A stretch of 43,662 bases of DNA from an uncultured Candidatus Saccharibacteria bacterium (GCA_964560145.1 CAZLKS010000003.1:1-43662), one strand, 5' to 3'; shown: positions 1 through 7,546, counted from the first letter of the stretch. Numbers and translations are program-made. The notes: generated by a model from the letters alone, not told the origin.

Positions 1-21
1 TTGTGTTTTCACGTTGCATCT
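1..21. repeat. 21-nt sequence identical to the window end (43642..43662); circular-assembly overlap
   Basis: ttgtgttttcacgttgcatct is present at both extremities of the window. Confidence 0.9.
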
Positions 22-286
22 CCTTATTCCAGTTAGACTTCCAAATTATCGTCCCGCCGCGACTAGCCGCAGGCACGGGCCTGAGTTGTAGTCGGGTGGG
101 GCAGGTTTGAGCGCTCGCGATTGTGGCGGTGATTAGTACTGAAAATGCAAAAGCGCCGAAGGTTACAGCCCTCGACGCCTTTGGGAAATAAACCCAGGTG
201 GGTCCGTTCCATGAATATGTAGAATTAGAATATATCATATCGGTGGTTCGTTGAAAATGACTTAGTAGGGCTAGTAGGGTTTTCAT
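22..286 (-). CDS. possible N-terminal 88 codons of a junction-spanning ORF (continues into 43660..43319; 202 aa in total), hypothetical
   Basis: Minus-strand frame of the 43660 ATG stays open for 88 codons across the junction up to ATG 286-284. That ATG overlaps the TGA of gene 283..546 as ATGA. Conflicts with the terminator-like hairpin at 141-178. Confidence 0.3.
141..178 (-). terminator. candidate rho-independent terminator downstream of gene 283..546
   Basis: Minus-strand RNA gcgucgaggg-cuguaa-ccuucggcgc (10 bp, two G-U pairs) followed by uuuugcauuuuc. Mutually exclusive with coding use of 22..286. Confidence 0.4.
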
Positions 287-546
287 TTGTCCAGCTCCAT
301 ATTTAAGCGATTGGCCTCATCAACAGCAGATTCAAGCGAGTAATGCTCTGAGTAGGGCTGTGGCGACTCACACCTTGTATGATAAACGCCAAACGGTGCT
401 GACGTAATAGCGCCAGTTCTCGTTCTCGCAGCGAAGAAGATTCCACCTTTATTTACACGTGCTTGAATATCAATTTTATCGAGATACTCAGCACCTTGCT
501 CGTCGATCATACGCTCCAGCTCAGCATTGCTCGGCTCGTTGCTCAT
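283..546 (-). CDS. hypothetical protein (87 aa)
   Basis: ORF track 283..564 starts at a TTG. ATG at 546 overlaps the upstream stop (ATGA) and is preceded by GGAGGGAGG. No recognisable family. Confidence 0.6.
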   Translation of the reverse strand: MSNEPSNAELERMIDEQGAEYLDKIDIQARVNKGGIFFAARTRTGAITSAPFGVYHTRCESPQPYSEHYSLESAVDEANRLNMELDK

Positions 547-812
547 TTCTTCCCCTCCCTCCAAAGCTGCATAAGCCTTTCGGCGCTAATGTAGTTTCGT
601 ACATCAACCCTACAAACTTCCTCACAGATAGCAGCCATCTCCCTGGCACCGCGCTCCTCTGCACACGTAGCTTGCACGATCGTGTCCGCGCCGAATTTCT
701 CCAGCTCTACCATCTTGGCTTTCAGCCTCTCAATCTCCGCGTTCTTCTCCTGCACGATCTTGCTAAGCGCGATAATCTCTTCCTTCGCCCACGCTATCCA
801 CTCATGACTCAT
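543..812 (-). CDS. hypothetical protein (89 aa); C-terminus paralogous to that of 809..1366
   Basis: ATG 812 in an ATGA overlap with the upstream stop. AEERGAREMA...LMQLWREGKK resembles AEERGARRLA...LMTIWKRLK of the neighbouring gene. Confidence 0.6.
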   Translation of the reverse strand: MSHEWIAWAKEEIIALSKIVQEKNAEIERLKAKMVELEKFGADTIVQATCAEERGAREMAAICEEVCRVDVRNYISAERLMQLWREGKK

Positions 813-1366
813 TTCAGCCTCTTCCAAATCGTCATTAAATCATCAACCGAGAAACGTGGGTGTTCTGTCTCCATCACGAGGTACTCTGCGAGTCTGCGTG
901 CCCCGCGCTCCTCTGCCTCTCGTACTTGCTGCGCCAACTCGATCCCACTCTCTTCCACAACGCGCTCTAGGTTCTGGCTGTACGTCTCTGTTTGACCACT
1001 CCACAGCTCACACCAATCCGCCGTGTTATGGCAGCCTTTACCAGCGCGACAAAACGCCTCGGATATCTTGTCAATTACCGCAAATCCTGTCTTTGGTAAG
1101 CTATAATAATATGCGCTGAAGTACTCTTTCATTTCCTCTCTGCCTCCGGCTAGCTCTTTCTCCAGCGCTGCGATTTTGTCGTTCCGCTGAATATTTTCTT
1201 TTTGTATTCGGAGAAAGTCATAATAGAGACGACCGATTTTGTTTGTTGGGTATCTCGCTTTGATTTCCGCAAGATCGCTTTGTGCAGCCGCACAACCGCA
1301 GACCTCTCCGGGCCTTAAGCTCGCAAAGCAATATTCACATTGATATTCGCTCAGGTATTTGCTCAT
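809..1366 (-). CDS. hypothetical protein (185 aa) with an N-terminal Cys cluster
   Basis: ATG 1366 in an ATGA overlap (the track start 1402 is also an ATG). CEYC-x9-CGC motif. Contains an internal duplicate of its own RBS+ATG at 1129-1150. Confidence 0.6.
   Translation of the reverse strand: MSKYLSEYQCEYCFASLRPGEVCGCAAAQSDLAEIKARYPTNKIGRLYYDFLRIQKENIQRNDKIAALEKELAGGREEMKEYFSAYYYSLPKTGFAVIDKISEAFCRAGKGCHNTADWCELWSGQTETYSQNLERVVEESGIELAQQVREAEERGARRLAEYLVMETEHPRFSVDDLMTIWKRLK
1129..1150 (-). repeat. 22-nt exact copy of the RBS/start junction found at 1363..1384
   Basis: tcatttcctctctgcctccggc on the plus strand; sense strand GCCGGAGGCAGAGAGGAAATGA with an in-frame ATG at 1132. Confidence 0.85.
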
Positions 1367-1384
1367 TTCCTCTCTGCCTCCGGC
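1363..1384 (-). repeat. 22-nt exact copy of 1129..1150 (SD + ATGA junction)
   Basis: Identical 22-mer; here it forms the stop of 1363..1815 and the start of 809..1366. Confidence 0.85.
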
Positions 1385-1815
1385 GCTAATATTGGCGTCC
1401 ATTGCGTAACCAGCTTGTTTAGCTCCGGCTCCGATCTAAAATACCAACCATCGTCCAGGAATCCATATTCAGGGACGTAGCAAGCAACCCAGATGTCCGG
1501 TAAATCTAAAAACGGATATGACGCTGAACATTTCTCCAACCACGGATATTTTTCGAACCACTGATTGTACCGACGCGGATTAAGCCCATAAGCCAATATG
1601 CTGTTAGCGGGCACTCCGCGCTTGTCCGTGGTCGGCATCCTCTCACTACACTTAATCCACCTCGGCTTCGCGTGCTCGGCTCCCAGGAGAAAGATATTCT
1701 TTACGGTTTTTTCATACTCTTCGCCGGTCATCTCGACCCAGTTTTTAGAGTCACACGCCTCTAACCATTCCTTTGCAAGAGCACTCGCCGCCTTCTCGAT
1801 CTCTAATTGCGTCAT
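1363..1815 (-). CDS. DUF551-like phage protein (150 aa)
   Basis: RWIKCSERMPTTD ... VTQWTPILAPE matches the DUF551 pattern (W-I-x-x-x-D/E-R-x-P ... W-x-P-L-P). ATGA overlap at 1812-1815. Confidence 0.55.
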   Translation of the reverse strand: MTQLEIEKAASALAKEWLEACDSKNWVEMTGEEYEKTVKNIFLLGAEHAKPRWIKCSERMPTTDKRGVPANSILAYGLNPRRYNQWFEKYPWLEKCSASYPFLDLPDIWVACYVPEYGFLDDGWYFRSEPELNKLVTQWTPILAPEAERK

Positions 1816-2006
1816 ATCTCACGACCCTCAATGAGTGCTTCTAGAATCTCTATCCAATATGGTTCAGGCTCCTCAGCATCGTGTGAAGTCTCCCTTGCGA
1901 GTTCGAGCAAGGCGCGCGCGCCCGCAAAGAATGTATCTTCAATAGGACCGTCACAGTTCTGTTCGTAGCTCGCCCAATCATCTGCGCGTTCGCGAAATGT
2001 TTTCAT
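1812..2006 (-). CDS. hypothetical protein (64 aa)
   Basis: ATG 2006 in an ATGA overlap with the stop of 2003..2302, preceded by GGTGGAAGG. The track start 2063 would overlap the upstream gene by 61 nt. Confidence 0.5.
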   Translation of the reverse strand: MKTFRERADDWASYEQNCDGPIEDTFFAGARALLELARETSHDAEEPEPYWIEILEALIEGREI

Positions 2007-2302
2007 CCTTCCACCTGACAAAATTCTGTCCTGCCGCGCACTTCGACGAAAACTCCTCGGCATTTGCCGTTAACAAAGAGGTGAAGCCTAGGATCGCTTT
2101 CCGGCCTTTCAAGCCGAATCTCGCTTCCGCCTTCTCTGAATTGGTCACACCAATAGTCAATGCACGAGGCTCTTTGCTCTTCCGACTTACGTTGCTCAGC
2201 CCACCGATCGACCTTTGCTCGATACTCAGGCCTAAGTTGCTCGCAAGCTCGCCCTATCCCGAACGGCAAACGTCCTTGCCGGAAATCATTGCTTGGTCCC
2301 AT
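2003..2302 (-). CDS. hypothetical protein (99 aa)
   Basis: ATG 2302 preceded by GGAGG at 6 nt (MGPSNDF...). Same strand as, and tightly packed with, its neighbours. Confidence 0.45.
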   Translation of the reverse strand: MGPSNDFRQGRLPFGIGRACEQLRPEYRAKVDRWAEQRKSEEQRASCIDYWCDQFREGGSEIRLERPESDPRLHLFVNGKCRGVFVEVRGRTEFCQVEG

Positions 2303-2504
2303 TGGGTGCCTCCGTTTCCTCAACTAATATTTTTACAAACTCTACAGGTGATACTGTTTTTAAAACGTACTCTGCTAGCTTCCTCTCTATTCCAGACCTG
2401 AAAGTCTTCCGTTCGTTTTCTATTCTTAATACGCGAACGATTTCTTCGAGCTGTTTAATCTGCCGAATAAGATCGGCTTTACTCATATTCCCCCATGTGG
2501 ACAT
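2286..2504 (-). CDS. hypothetical protein (72 aa)
   Basis: ATG preceded by AGGTGAGAT; lies in the same-strand operon. Confidence 0.55.
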   Translation of the reverse strand: MSTWGNMSKADLIRQIKQLEEIVRVLRIENERKTFRSGIERKLAEYVLKTVSPVEFVKILVEETEAPNGTKQ

Positions 2505-2522
2505 ATCTCACCTCACCAATCT
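2502..2522 (-). repeat. 21-nt intercistronic junction repeat (copy 1)
   Basis: catatctcacctcaccaatct versus catatctcaccttaccaatct at 2785-2805 (1 mismatch); sense AGATTGGTRAGGTGAGATATG. Confidence 0.8.
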
Positions 2523-2545
2523 ATAAAGTCATTGCTTGGTTCCAT
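2513..2545 (-). other. 10-codon mini-ORF MEPSNDFIDW, apparent remnant of the 5' end of gene 2003..2302
   Basis: GGAGG-7nt-ATG. tcattgcttggttccattg (2529-2547) repeats tcattgcttggtcccattg (2286-2304). N-terminus MEPSNDF versus MGPSNDF. Confidence 0.25.
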
Positions 2546-2559
2546 TGCTATTCCTCCAC

Positions 2560-2787
2560 CTAATCTTTAATTTTCGCGCATAACGCTAATTGTCGACGCA
2601 ATTCATTCTCAATCTTTTGAACTATCGGCCCTATCGCCGTGTTTAGCTCATCGCATAAAACTTCACCTTGTTTTTTAGTGAACCAAGGTGAAGAAATCTG
2701 AATACGGCCGCTGTCGCAGCAAGAAAATTTAAATCCTTGGATTGTCTTCAGCGTTTCGGTCAAACTTTGTATTTTATCAAGATCCAT
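2560..2787 (-). CDS. hypothetical protein (75 aa)
   Basis: ATG preceded by AGGTGAGAT; ORF track. Confidence 0.55.
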   Translation of the reverse strand: MDLDKIQSLTETLKTIQGFKFSCCDSGRIQISSPWFTKKQGEVLCDELNTAIGPIVQKIENELRRQLALCAKIKD

Positions 2788-2805
2788 ATCTCACCTTACC
2801 AATCT
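2785..2805 (-). repeat. 21-nt intercistronic junction repeat (copy 2)
   Basis: See 2502..2522. Confidence 0.8.
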
Positions 2806-2806
2806 C

Positions 2807-3019
2807 TCAGCTCTTCCGGCTCCCATTGTTCACCCTCCTCTTTAGCTGTTCGACTAATCTAAACTGAGTAGCAAGGCCCGTCTCGGCCACTTGCATAAGT
2901 TGCTGCAATGACGCCCCACGCGAAACCTCGCCCATGGCAAAAAGCATCCCTCTGTAAAACTGAAGTTGCTCTTGCGCGTTTTTGAGCTCTTTTAGCGGGC
3001 TGACGTGTTCCGGTTCCAT
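2807..3019 (-). CDS. hypothetical protein (70 aa)
   Basis: ORF track; TAATG overlap with the upstream gene at 3017-3021. Confidence 0.55.
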   Translation of the reverse strand: MEPEHVSPLKELKNAQEQLQFYRGMLFAMGEVSRGASLQQLMQVAETGLATQFRLVEQLKRRVNNGSRKS

Positions 3020-3363
3020 TACATCCTTCCTGATCCAAGTAGCTCAGCTATCGTCACCCCGAACCAATCCATTTCTTCCTTGGTGATCCAGTTCCGAAAC
3101 TCCAATTGCTGAATGCGCCGGGATATTTCAGCCAGAATAGCGTGCTTCTTTTTTACGTTCCGGGCCTTCGATAGCTTGTAAAGGCACCTATTCAGCCCGG
3201 CGCGTAAGTGTAACTTCTCATCTTCAAAATGAGCGTCGATCGGTGTCGGCGTTAGACGATCGACGCTCAAGTGTTGTTGTCCGTTTGACTCTGAAGTTAG
3301 CAGCTTTTCTTGCTGCCCTTCTTCTTTGCTTTCTTTGCCATTTGCAATCACCTCCTTTTGCAT
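3019..3363 (-). CDS. hypothetical protein (114 aa)
   Basis: ORF track; AGGAAAG upstream of the ATG. Confidence 0.55.
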   Translation of the reverse strand: MQKEVIANGKESKEEGQQEKLLTSESNGQQHLSVDRLTPTPIDAHFEDEKLHLRAGLNRCLYKLSKARNVKKKHAILAEISRRIQQLEFRNWITKEEMDWFGVTIAELLGSGRM

Positions 3364-3376
3364 AAAATCTTTCCTA

Positions 3377-3967
3377 TTATAGCTGATTTTTCAGACCATA
3401 CAGCGCCAAGCAGATCGCATCTGCCTTACCCCAGTCCTTATTGAGGCGTATGTGGCCTTTGGCAGACGGGACCGTGCGCAAAACAAAATCCACAATAGCC
3501 CACTTGAGGCGCTTCTTATTCTCAGCCGCGCGCTTGGCGCCGTCTTTCTCGGACTCCCCGGTAGCCTTAGGAGTGGGCGCAGGCTTGATATCAAGTATCT
3601 TCTGCCACTTTTGGGGAGTGATAAGAGCGTAGGGAATGTTGGTGCCGAGTAGGATTCCCTGCCAAAGCCCGAAATTCACCCCGAATGTAAAGGTAGAGCT
3701 GACCCCCTGCCTCGGCATAGAATGAACGGATTCCAGCACTGCAAGGAAGCGTAATCCATTACTATTACGCAGACTGGCGATAAGTTCGGTAAGACCTTCG
3801 CTTGTGAGCCCCGTAGCAATAACATGCGCTTTCGAGCTCAGTAAGGCCCATGCCCCAGAGGCACCGGGATCGATACCTAAAAAGTATCGACTATTTTCCT
3901 CTACGCGAAGCTCTCGCCCAAGCTCTTGGTTTGCATCCATGACCGCTTCCTTCAAAAGTTCCTGCAT
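3377..3967 (-). CDS. RuvC-like Holliday junction resolvase
   Basis: YFLGIDPGASGAWALL near the N-terminus, LESVHSMPRQGVSSTFTFG, ITPQKWQK: RNase H-fold RuvC-type motifs. The true start may be the internal Met at 3940. Confidence 0.8.
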   Translation of the reverse strand: MQELLKEAVMDANQELGRELRVEENSRYFLGIDPGASGAWALLSSKAHVIATGLTSEGLTELIASLRNSNGLRFLAVLESVHSMPRQGVSSTFTFGVNFGLWQGILLGTNIPYALITPQKWQKILDIKPAPTPKATGESEKDGAKRAAENKKRLKWAIVDFVLRTVPSAKGHIRLNKDWGKADAICLALYGLKNQL

Positions 3968-4214
3968 CGTTCTTCAACACCGTGTTCCGGCAGGAGGTTA
4001 ATAAAAACTCAAAACCGCACAAATCTGCATACCACTCAGCCGCGCCCTCGCCTAAGGCCTTAGAGAATAGCCAGCGACGAGCATCAGCGCGCGTGTCTCC
4101 CGTCTCTCCGATTGCATCGGCGACGGCCCGTTCGATAATGGCGACAACAAGATTCTTCTCTGGAATGCACTCCATCTCTTCGTTTTCAGGCTGTAATGGC
4201 CTCGCATATCCCAT
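3891..4214 (-). CDS. hypothetical protein (107 aa)
   Basis: ATG 4214 preceded by GGAAGGAG at 6 nt (the track start 4274 is a GTG). The 3' end overlaps the resolvase start by 50-77 nt. Confidence 0.45.
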   Translation of the reverse strand: MGYARPLQPENEEMECIPEKNLVVAIIERAVADAIGETGDTRADARRWLFSKALGEGAAEWYADLCGFEFLLTSCRNTVLKNDAGTFEGSGHGCKPRAWARASRRGK

Positions 4215-4263
4215 AGTTGCTCCTTCCAAGAGGAAATCAAAAGTAGCGTCACACCATCCAGGT

Positions 4264-4689
4264 TTATTCTTCACCGCCTTCCTCGATTTTCTTAAGGCGC
4301 TTCCTTGCGCGCTTCACCGATTGCTCAGAGTACTTCTCTGCCAATCTCGCAAAAGTAAGCTCCGAAGTTTCAAAAGCTGAGTTGATAGCGATTTGAAGGG
4401 AGTATCGGTCTAAGTATTTGAGCGCTTGCTTCGGCGATACTCGTGACAAGTTCTTACCCTCCAGAATCACAAACATAGCCGCGCCGATAATGAGCGCGGC
4501 ATCAGTAATCAGTAGACAGTGCTTGATAACGTCAGCCGCTTTGCAAATCCCTGTCTTGTGGTAGCTGACATTGAAGTACAGTTGGGACCGAATGGCGTAT
4601 ACGTGCAGCCAGGCAGGCTTTACCTCGCGCGTGTGGACAGGAATAATGACCTCATCCCCGCGATAGCTTTTGTGACTTTGCCCTTTCAT
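4264..4689 (-). CDS. hypothetical protein (141 aa), possible C-terminal HTH
   Basis: ATG 4689 (the track start 4695 is a TTG). LTFARLAEKYSEQSVKRARKRL resembles a sigma region-4-like helix-turn-helix. Hydrophobic central segment. Confidence 0.4.
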   Translation of the reverse strand: MKGQSHKSYRGDEVIIPVHTREVKPAWLHVYAIRSQLYFNVSYHKTGICKAADVIKHCLLITDAALIIGAAMFVILEGKNLSRVSPKQALKYLDRYSLQIAINSAFETSELTFARLAEKYSEQSVKRARKRLKKIEEGGEE

Positions 4690-4885
4690 CGTCAATTCTT
4701 CGATTATGCGCGCGCTTCAGACGTAAAAAGTGGAGCTCTATCGAACGCCGGTAAGCTTCATAGTCCTGTTCCGATAGGCCAACTCCGGGGAAAACGGGGC
4801 TCTTGCCAGCTTTTCGCAGTTCGAGCATTTTTTTGGCTTTCTCATACCAGGATACAATCTCTGCCTTTGTCCTTAGTGGCTCCAC
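4652..4885 (-). CDS. hypothetical protein (77 aa)
   Basis: GTG start with AAGG 8 nt upstream; fills the gap after the SSB gene. Confidence 0.4.
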   Translation of the reverse strand: MEPLRTKAEIVSWYEKAKKMLELRKAGKSPVFPGVGLSEQDYEAYRRSIELHFLRLKRAHNRRIDDERAKSQKLSRG

Positions 4886-4897
4886 TCAAAACCTTAT

Positions 4898-5521
4898 TTA
4901 CAACCCAAGCGAATCTGAATCGTCATCGAACTTCTCATCCTGCCCGGCGCTTTCGGCCTCGTCGGTGACTTCGCTCTTGAAGTCATCAGTGGGATCGGTT
5001 GGACCTCCACCGCCCAAAGGCTCGCCTTCAGCAAGCTTCTGGATGTTGCACAGACGAAAACTTACGCCTTTGTTTGAGCCCTTCATGTAAGAGAAGGGGA
5101 TGAGGCTCGCCTTTACGTAGCAGCCGCCGTATAGGTCACCCTCGTTATCGATGGGCTGGACCTTGGCATCGACTACGCCGGGCTTAAACTTGCTCTTCGC
5201 CGTCACGAAAATCGTGTCTTTGTAGTGCCCGTTCTTAGCCGAATCGGCCTCGTACTTCTGGTTTCCATCTCGGAAGGGGTGTTGAATCTCTTTGAGCTTC
5301 ACCCCGGCGCCGAATGCCTTCTGAGCAACATCAAGTACGGCCTTCTTCATGGCCTTCAGCCCTTCGGCGACTTGAACATTACTCTCGTCAAAGAGGAATG
5401 TCGCTTTGTACTTGTCATCAGCGTACTCGCCCGACGAGTCGGGGGAGAATACTTTAGGGTAGGAGATCCGACCCTTAGGAGTGAATACCTTCGTTCCTGT
5501 TACAGTCTTCGACTTTGCCAT
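4898..5521 (-). CDS. ssDNA-binding protein, DUF2815 / T7 gp2.5-like
   Basis: GRISYPKVF, YGGCYVKASL..FSY..SNKGVSFRLCNIQKLAEGEPLGG and an acidic tail DEKFDDDSDSLGL. Confidence 0.85.
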   Translation of the reverse strand: MAKSKTVTGTKVFTPKGRISYPKVFSPDSSGEYADDKYKATFLFDESNVQVAEGLKAMKKAVLDVAQKAFGAGVKLKEIQHPFRDGNQKYEADSAKNGHYKDTIFVTAKSKFKPGVVDAKVQPIDNEGDLYGGCYVKASLIPFSYMKGSNKGVSFRLCNIQKLAEGEPLGGGGPTDPTDDFKSEVTDEAESAGQDEKFDDDSDSLGL

Positions 5522-5606
5522 ACGTTTTTTCCTTTCTTAGTCATTGAGGCCTCTGCATGGTGTGGGCAACCCCGCCCGCGCTATGCGCAACCTCGTCAGT
5601 TAAAAT

Positions 5607-5948
5607 CTATTCATCATCCAAGATTGAACTAGCGATCTTCGCAGCCGCAGAGCCTTTCAAACTCTCCGGTACCGGCTTCGGCGCCTTTACAACATGCACG
5701 CCAGGAGTCGGGGAGACGACTTCATCTTTTGTCTCAACTTTTGGCGCAGGAGGAGGAGTAACGACGACCGGCGCCGTAGTCTGCTTACCCTCAAAAGCGG
5801 CCTTAATGTCCGTCTGCCCTCTCTGAATAACTGTCCCCAGATCGAGTGACTCCCCTTCGTCGGCCACAATAACCACTGATGCCGCGCGACTTGAGTAGTT
5901 CGGCAATCCTTGTTTGAGCTCCACTGTGACTTGAATAACTTTTGACAC
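5607..5948 (-). CDS. hypothetical protein (113 aa), Pro-rich middle
   Basis: GTG start after AAGGGG; ORF track. Confidence 0.5.
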   Translation of the reverse strand: MSKVIQVTVELKQGLPNYSSRAASVVIVADEGESLDLGTVIQRGQTDIKAAFEGKQTTAPVVVTPPPAPKVETKDEVVSPTPGVHVVKAPKPVPESLKGSAAAKIASSILDDE

Positions 5949-5959
5949 TGTTTTCCCCT

Positions 5960-6217
5960 TTAGTTGTTGTTAAACGTGAAAAGACGACCCGAAAAAACAT
6001 TCCTCACTGCCACTTCGAGCGCTTTAATGAGCTCGCGCGACGTGGCTTCATTCATCTGACAGATTGCTTGCGGGACGTGATCGTCATCCGTAAGCACTAT
6101 CGATAGAAACTTCTGATCGGCGTTTTGCATAAGCCCAAGCTTAGGGAACGCAATGACCGGAACTCCCTCGCGGGGTTTTAGGTCTTCAGGTTTGACTTCA
6201 TCATCCTTGTCGCTCAT
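5960..6217 (-). CDS. hypothetical protein (85 aa)
   Basis: ATGA overlap with the DUF2800 stop at 6214-6217. Confidence 0.55.
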   Translation of the reverse strand: MSDKDDEVKPEDLKPREGVPVIAFPKLGLMQNADQKFLSIVLTDDDHVPQAICQMNEATSRELIKALEVAVRNVFSGRLFTFNNN

Positions 6218-7542
6218 TTTGATTCTGCCTCCGTAAAATCAGTGATCGCCGCTTGATTCGAAATGGTCACCGCCTCACGAGGATCGTCTACTGAAACGAT
6301 CTTCAGGCTTGGTTCAGGCTTATATGTGAGAGTGCTGATCTGATTCTTGCCTACGATCTTCTCAGCCTCAGTGATGCCGATTAGTGAGCGCTTCCAAGGA
6401 TCGGAGATGCCCAAGGTGATAAGCCCCTTTGCCACCGTGTCTTCGTCCTTGATCCACTTGCGGGGAGCTCTCCCGTGCACAAGCTTAAGGCCATCAAGCG
6501 GGTTATTCTGGAGGTGCCGATTGATGACGTACTCTTCGACGCGCTTAAGGAAGGCTTCAATCTCAGAGCGCTTGTTCACGATATGAACGAGCGTTTCATC
6601 ATCAATAAGGTGCGCGTCCACTTCTAATCCGGGACGAGATATCTTTGGTTCAACGTAGGGGAGGAAGTCTACGCTAGCGTCACCCCTAAGTTGTGCCATG
6701 CGCCTGGAGCATACGCCCTCTGCCGGGCAAAACTGACAGTGGTCGCCAGTATTAAGCGTCAGCGCATTGGACTCGATCTCATTGATCGCGGCCTTTCCGG
6801 CGCCTGTTATCTGATGCCTCCACTCAATGATCTCCTCACGAGTAAGGATCATCCGGCGTAACGGCCCGTCTCTATGCTCGGCACGAGGCTGGAAGATGTA
6901 GAGATAGACTGTATCGAACGGCCCCCACTCTGGATCTTTGTCCATAGCGCAGCCGTAGCAGGCTAATTGTGGATTCTCGTCGGCCTCCACAACTACTCCC
7001 TGCCCGTATTTCAAGTCGACAATGACGCCGATAGACTTGCCAGCCTTCTTGTACTTAAAGGCAACGTCGGCAGTTCCAAAGATGCCTAGTTCGGCGTCCA
7101 AGATGAAACGCTTTTCAATTGCGATGCGATCCAACTTCTTACCGGATATAAGGCGTCCGATTGTAAGAATGTAGGAAACAACGCAATCCTCCATCTCAGC
7201 GTTTAGGAAGAGGTGCTTGTACTTCTCAATAGCAGGAAGCACATCCATGTCATCCAATAGCCAAGCTGATAGTATCTTTTCGGATACTTCGTGCGCGTGC
7301 GTACCTTCAGCCGCATACGCGCTGTCTTCAGGCTTCGGACACTTTAAGGACAAGGCGACGGAACCAGGGCAGGCCATCCAGCGCTTCGCTGATGACGGCG
7401 CTAAGAGCGCATGCTTTCTATCGGCATGGCCTGCCTCTGGCGCATCTTTTGGCTTAGCTTCAAGTAACGGATCGCGCGCGGTATCGCTTTGATCGTTTGA
7501 TAGCTCAACTTGAGTAACTTCTACTTTCTTCTTGCGACCCAT
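6214..7542 (-). CDS. DUF2800 PD-(D/E)XK (Cas4-like) nuclease
   Basis: LLAPSSAKRWMACPGS, AAEGTHAHE, DLKYG, C-terminal CQFCPAEGVC cysteine cluster. Confidence 0.85.
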   Translation of the reverse strand: MGRKKKVEVTQVELSNDQSDTARDPLLEAKPKDAPEAGHADRKHALLAPSSAKRWMACPGSVALSLKCPKPEDSAYAAEGTHAHEVSEKILSAWLLDDMDVLPAIEKYKHLFLNAEMEDCVVSYILTIGRLISGKKLDRIAIEKRFILDAELGIFGTADVAFKYKKAGKSIGVIVDLKYGQGVVVEADENPQLACYGCAMDKDPEWGPFDTVYLYIFQPRAEHRDGPLRRMILTREEIIEWRHQITGAGKAAINEIESNALTLNTGDHCQFCPAEGVCSRRMAQLRGDASVDFLPYVEPKISRPGLEVDAHLIDDETLVHIVNKRSEIEAFLKRVEEYVINRHLQNNPLDGLKLVHGRAPRKWIKDEDTVAKGLITLGISDPWKRSLIGITEAEKIVGKNQISTLTYKPEPSLKIVSVDDPREAVTISNQAAITDFTEAESK

Positions 7543-7546
7543 TGTA

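Noticed and set aside
1-21. The terminal 21-nt identity considered as a genuine direct terminal repeat or cos end
   Set aside because: It is far shorter than known phage DTRs and matches the size of a typical assembler k-mer overlap. Real termini cannot be inferred from sequence alone.
459-1119. Plus-strand ORFs 459..995 (178 aa) and 856..1119 (87 aa)
   Set aside because: They are antisense shadows of the tightly coupled minus-strand genes 283..1366. They have low-complexity S/R/L/P composition and no RBS.
1997-2526. Plus-strand ORFs 1997..2401 and 2293..2526, and minus-strand ORF 1978..2160
   Set aside because: They lie opposite to, or out of frame with, the ATGA-coupled chain. They have no start signals, and accepting them would break the operon packing.
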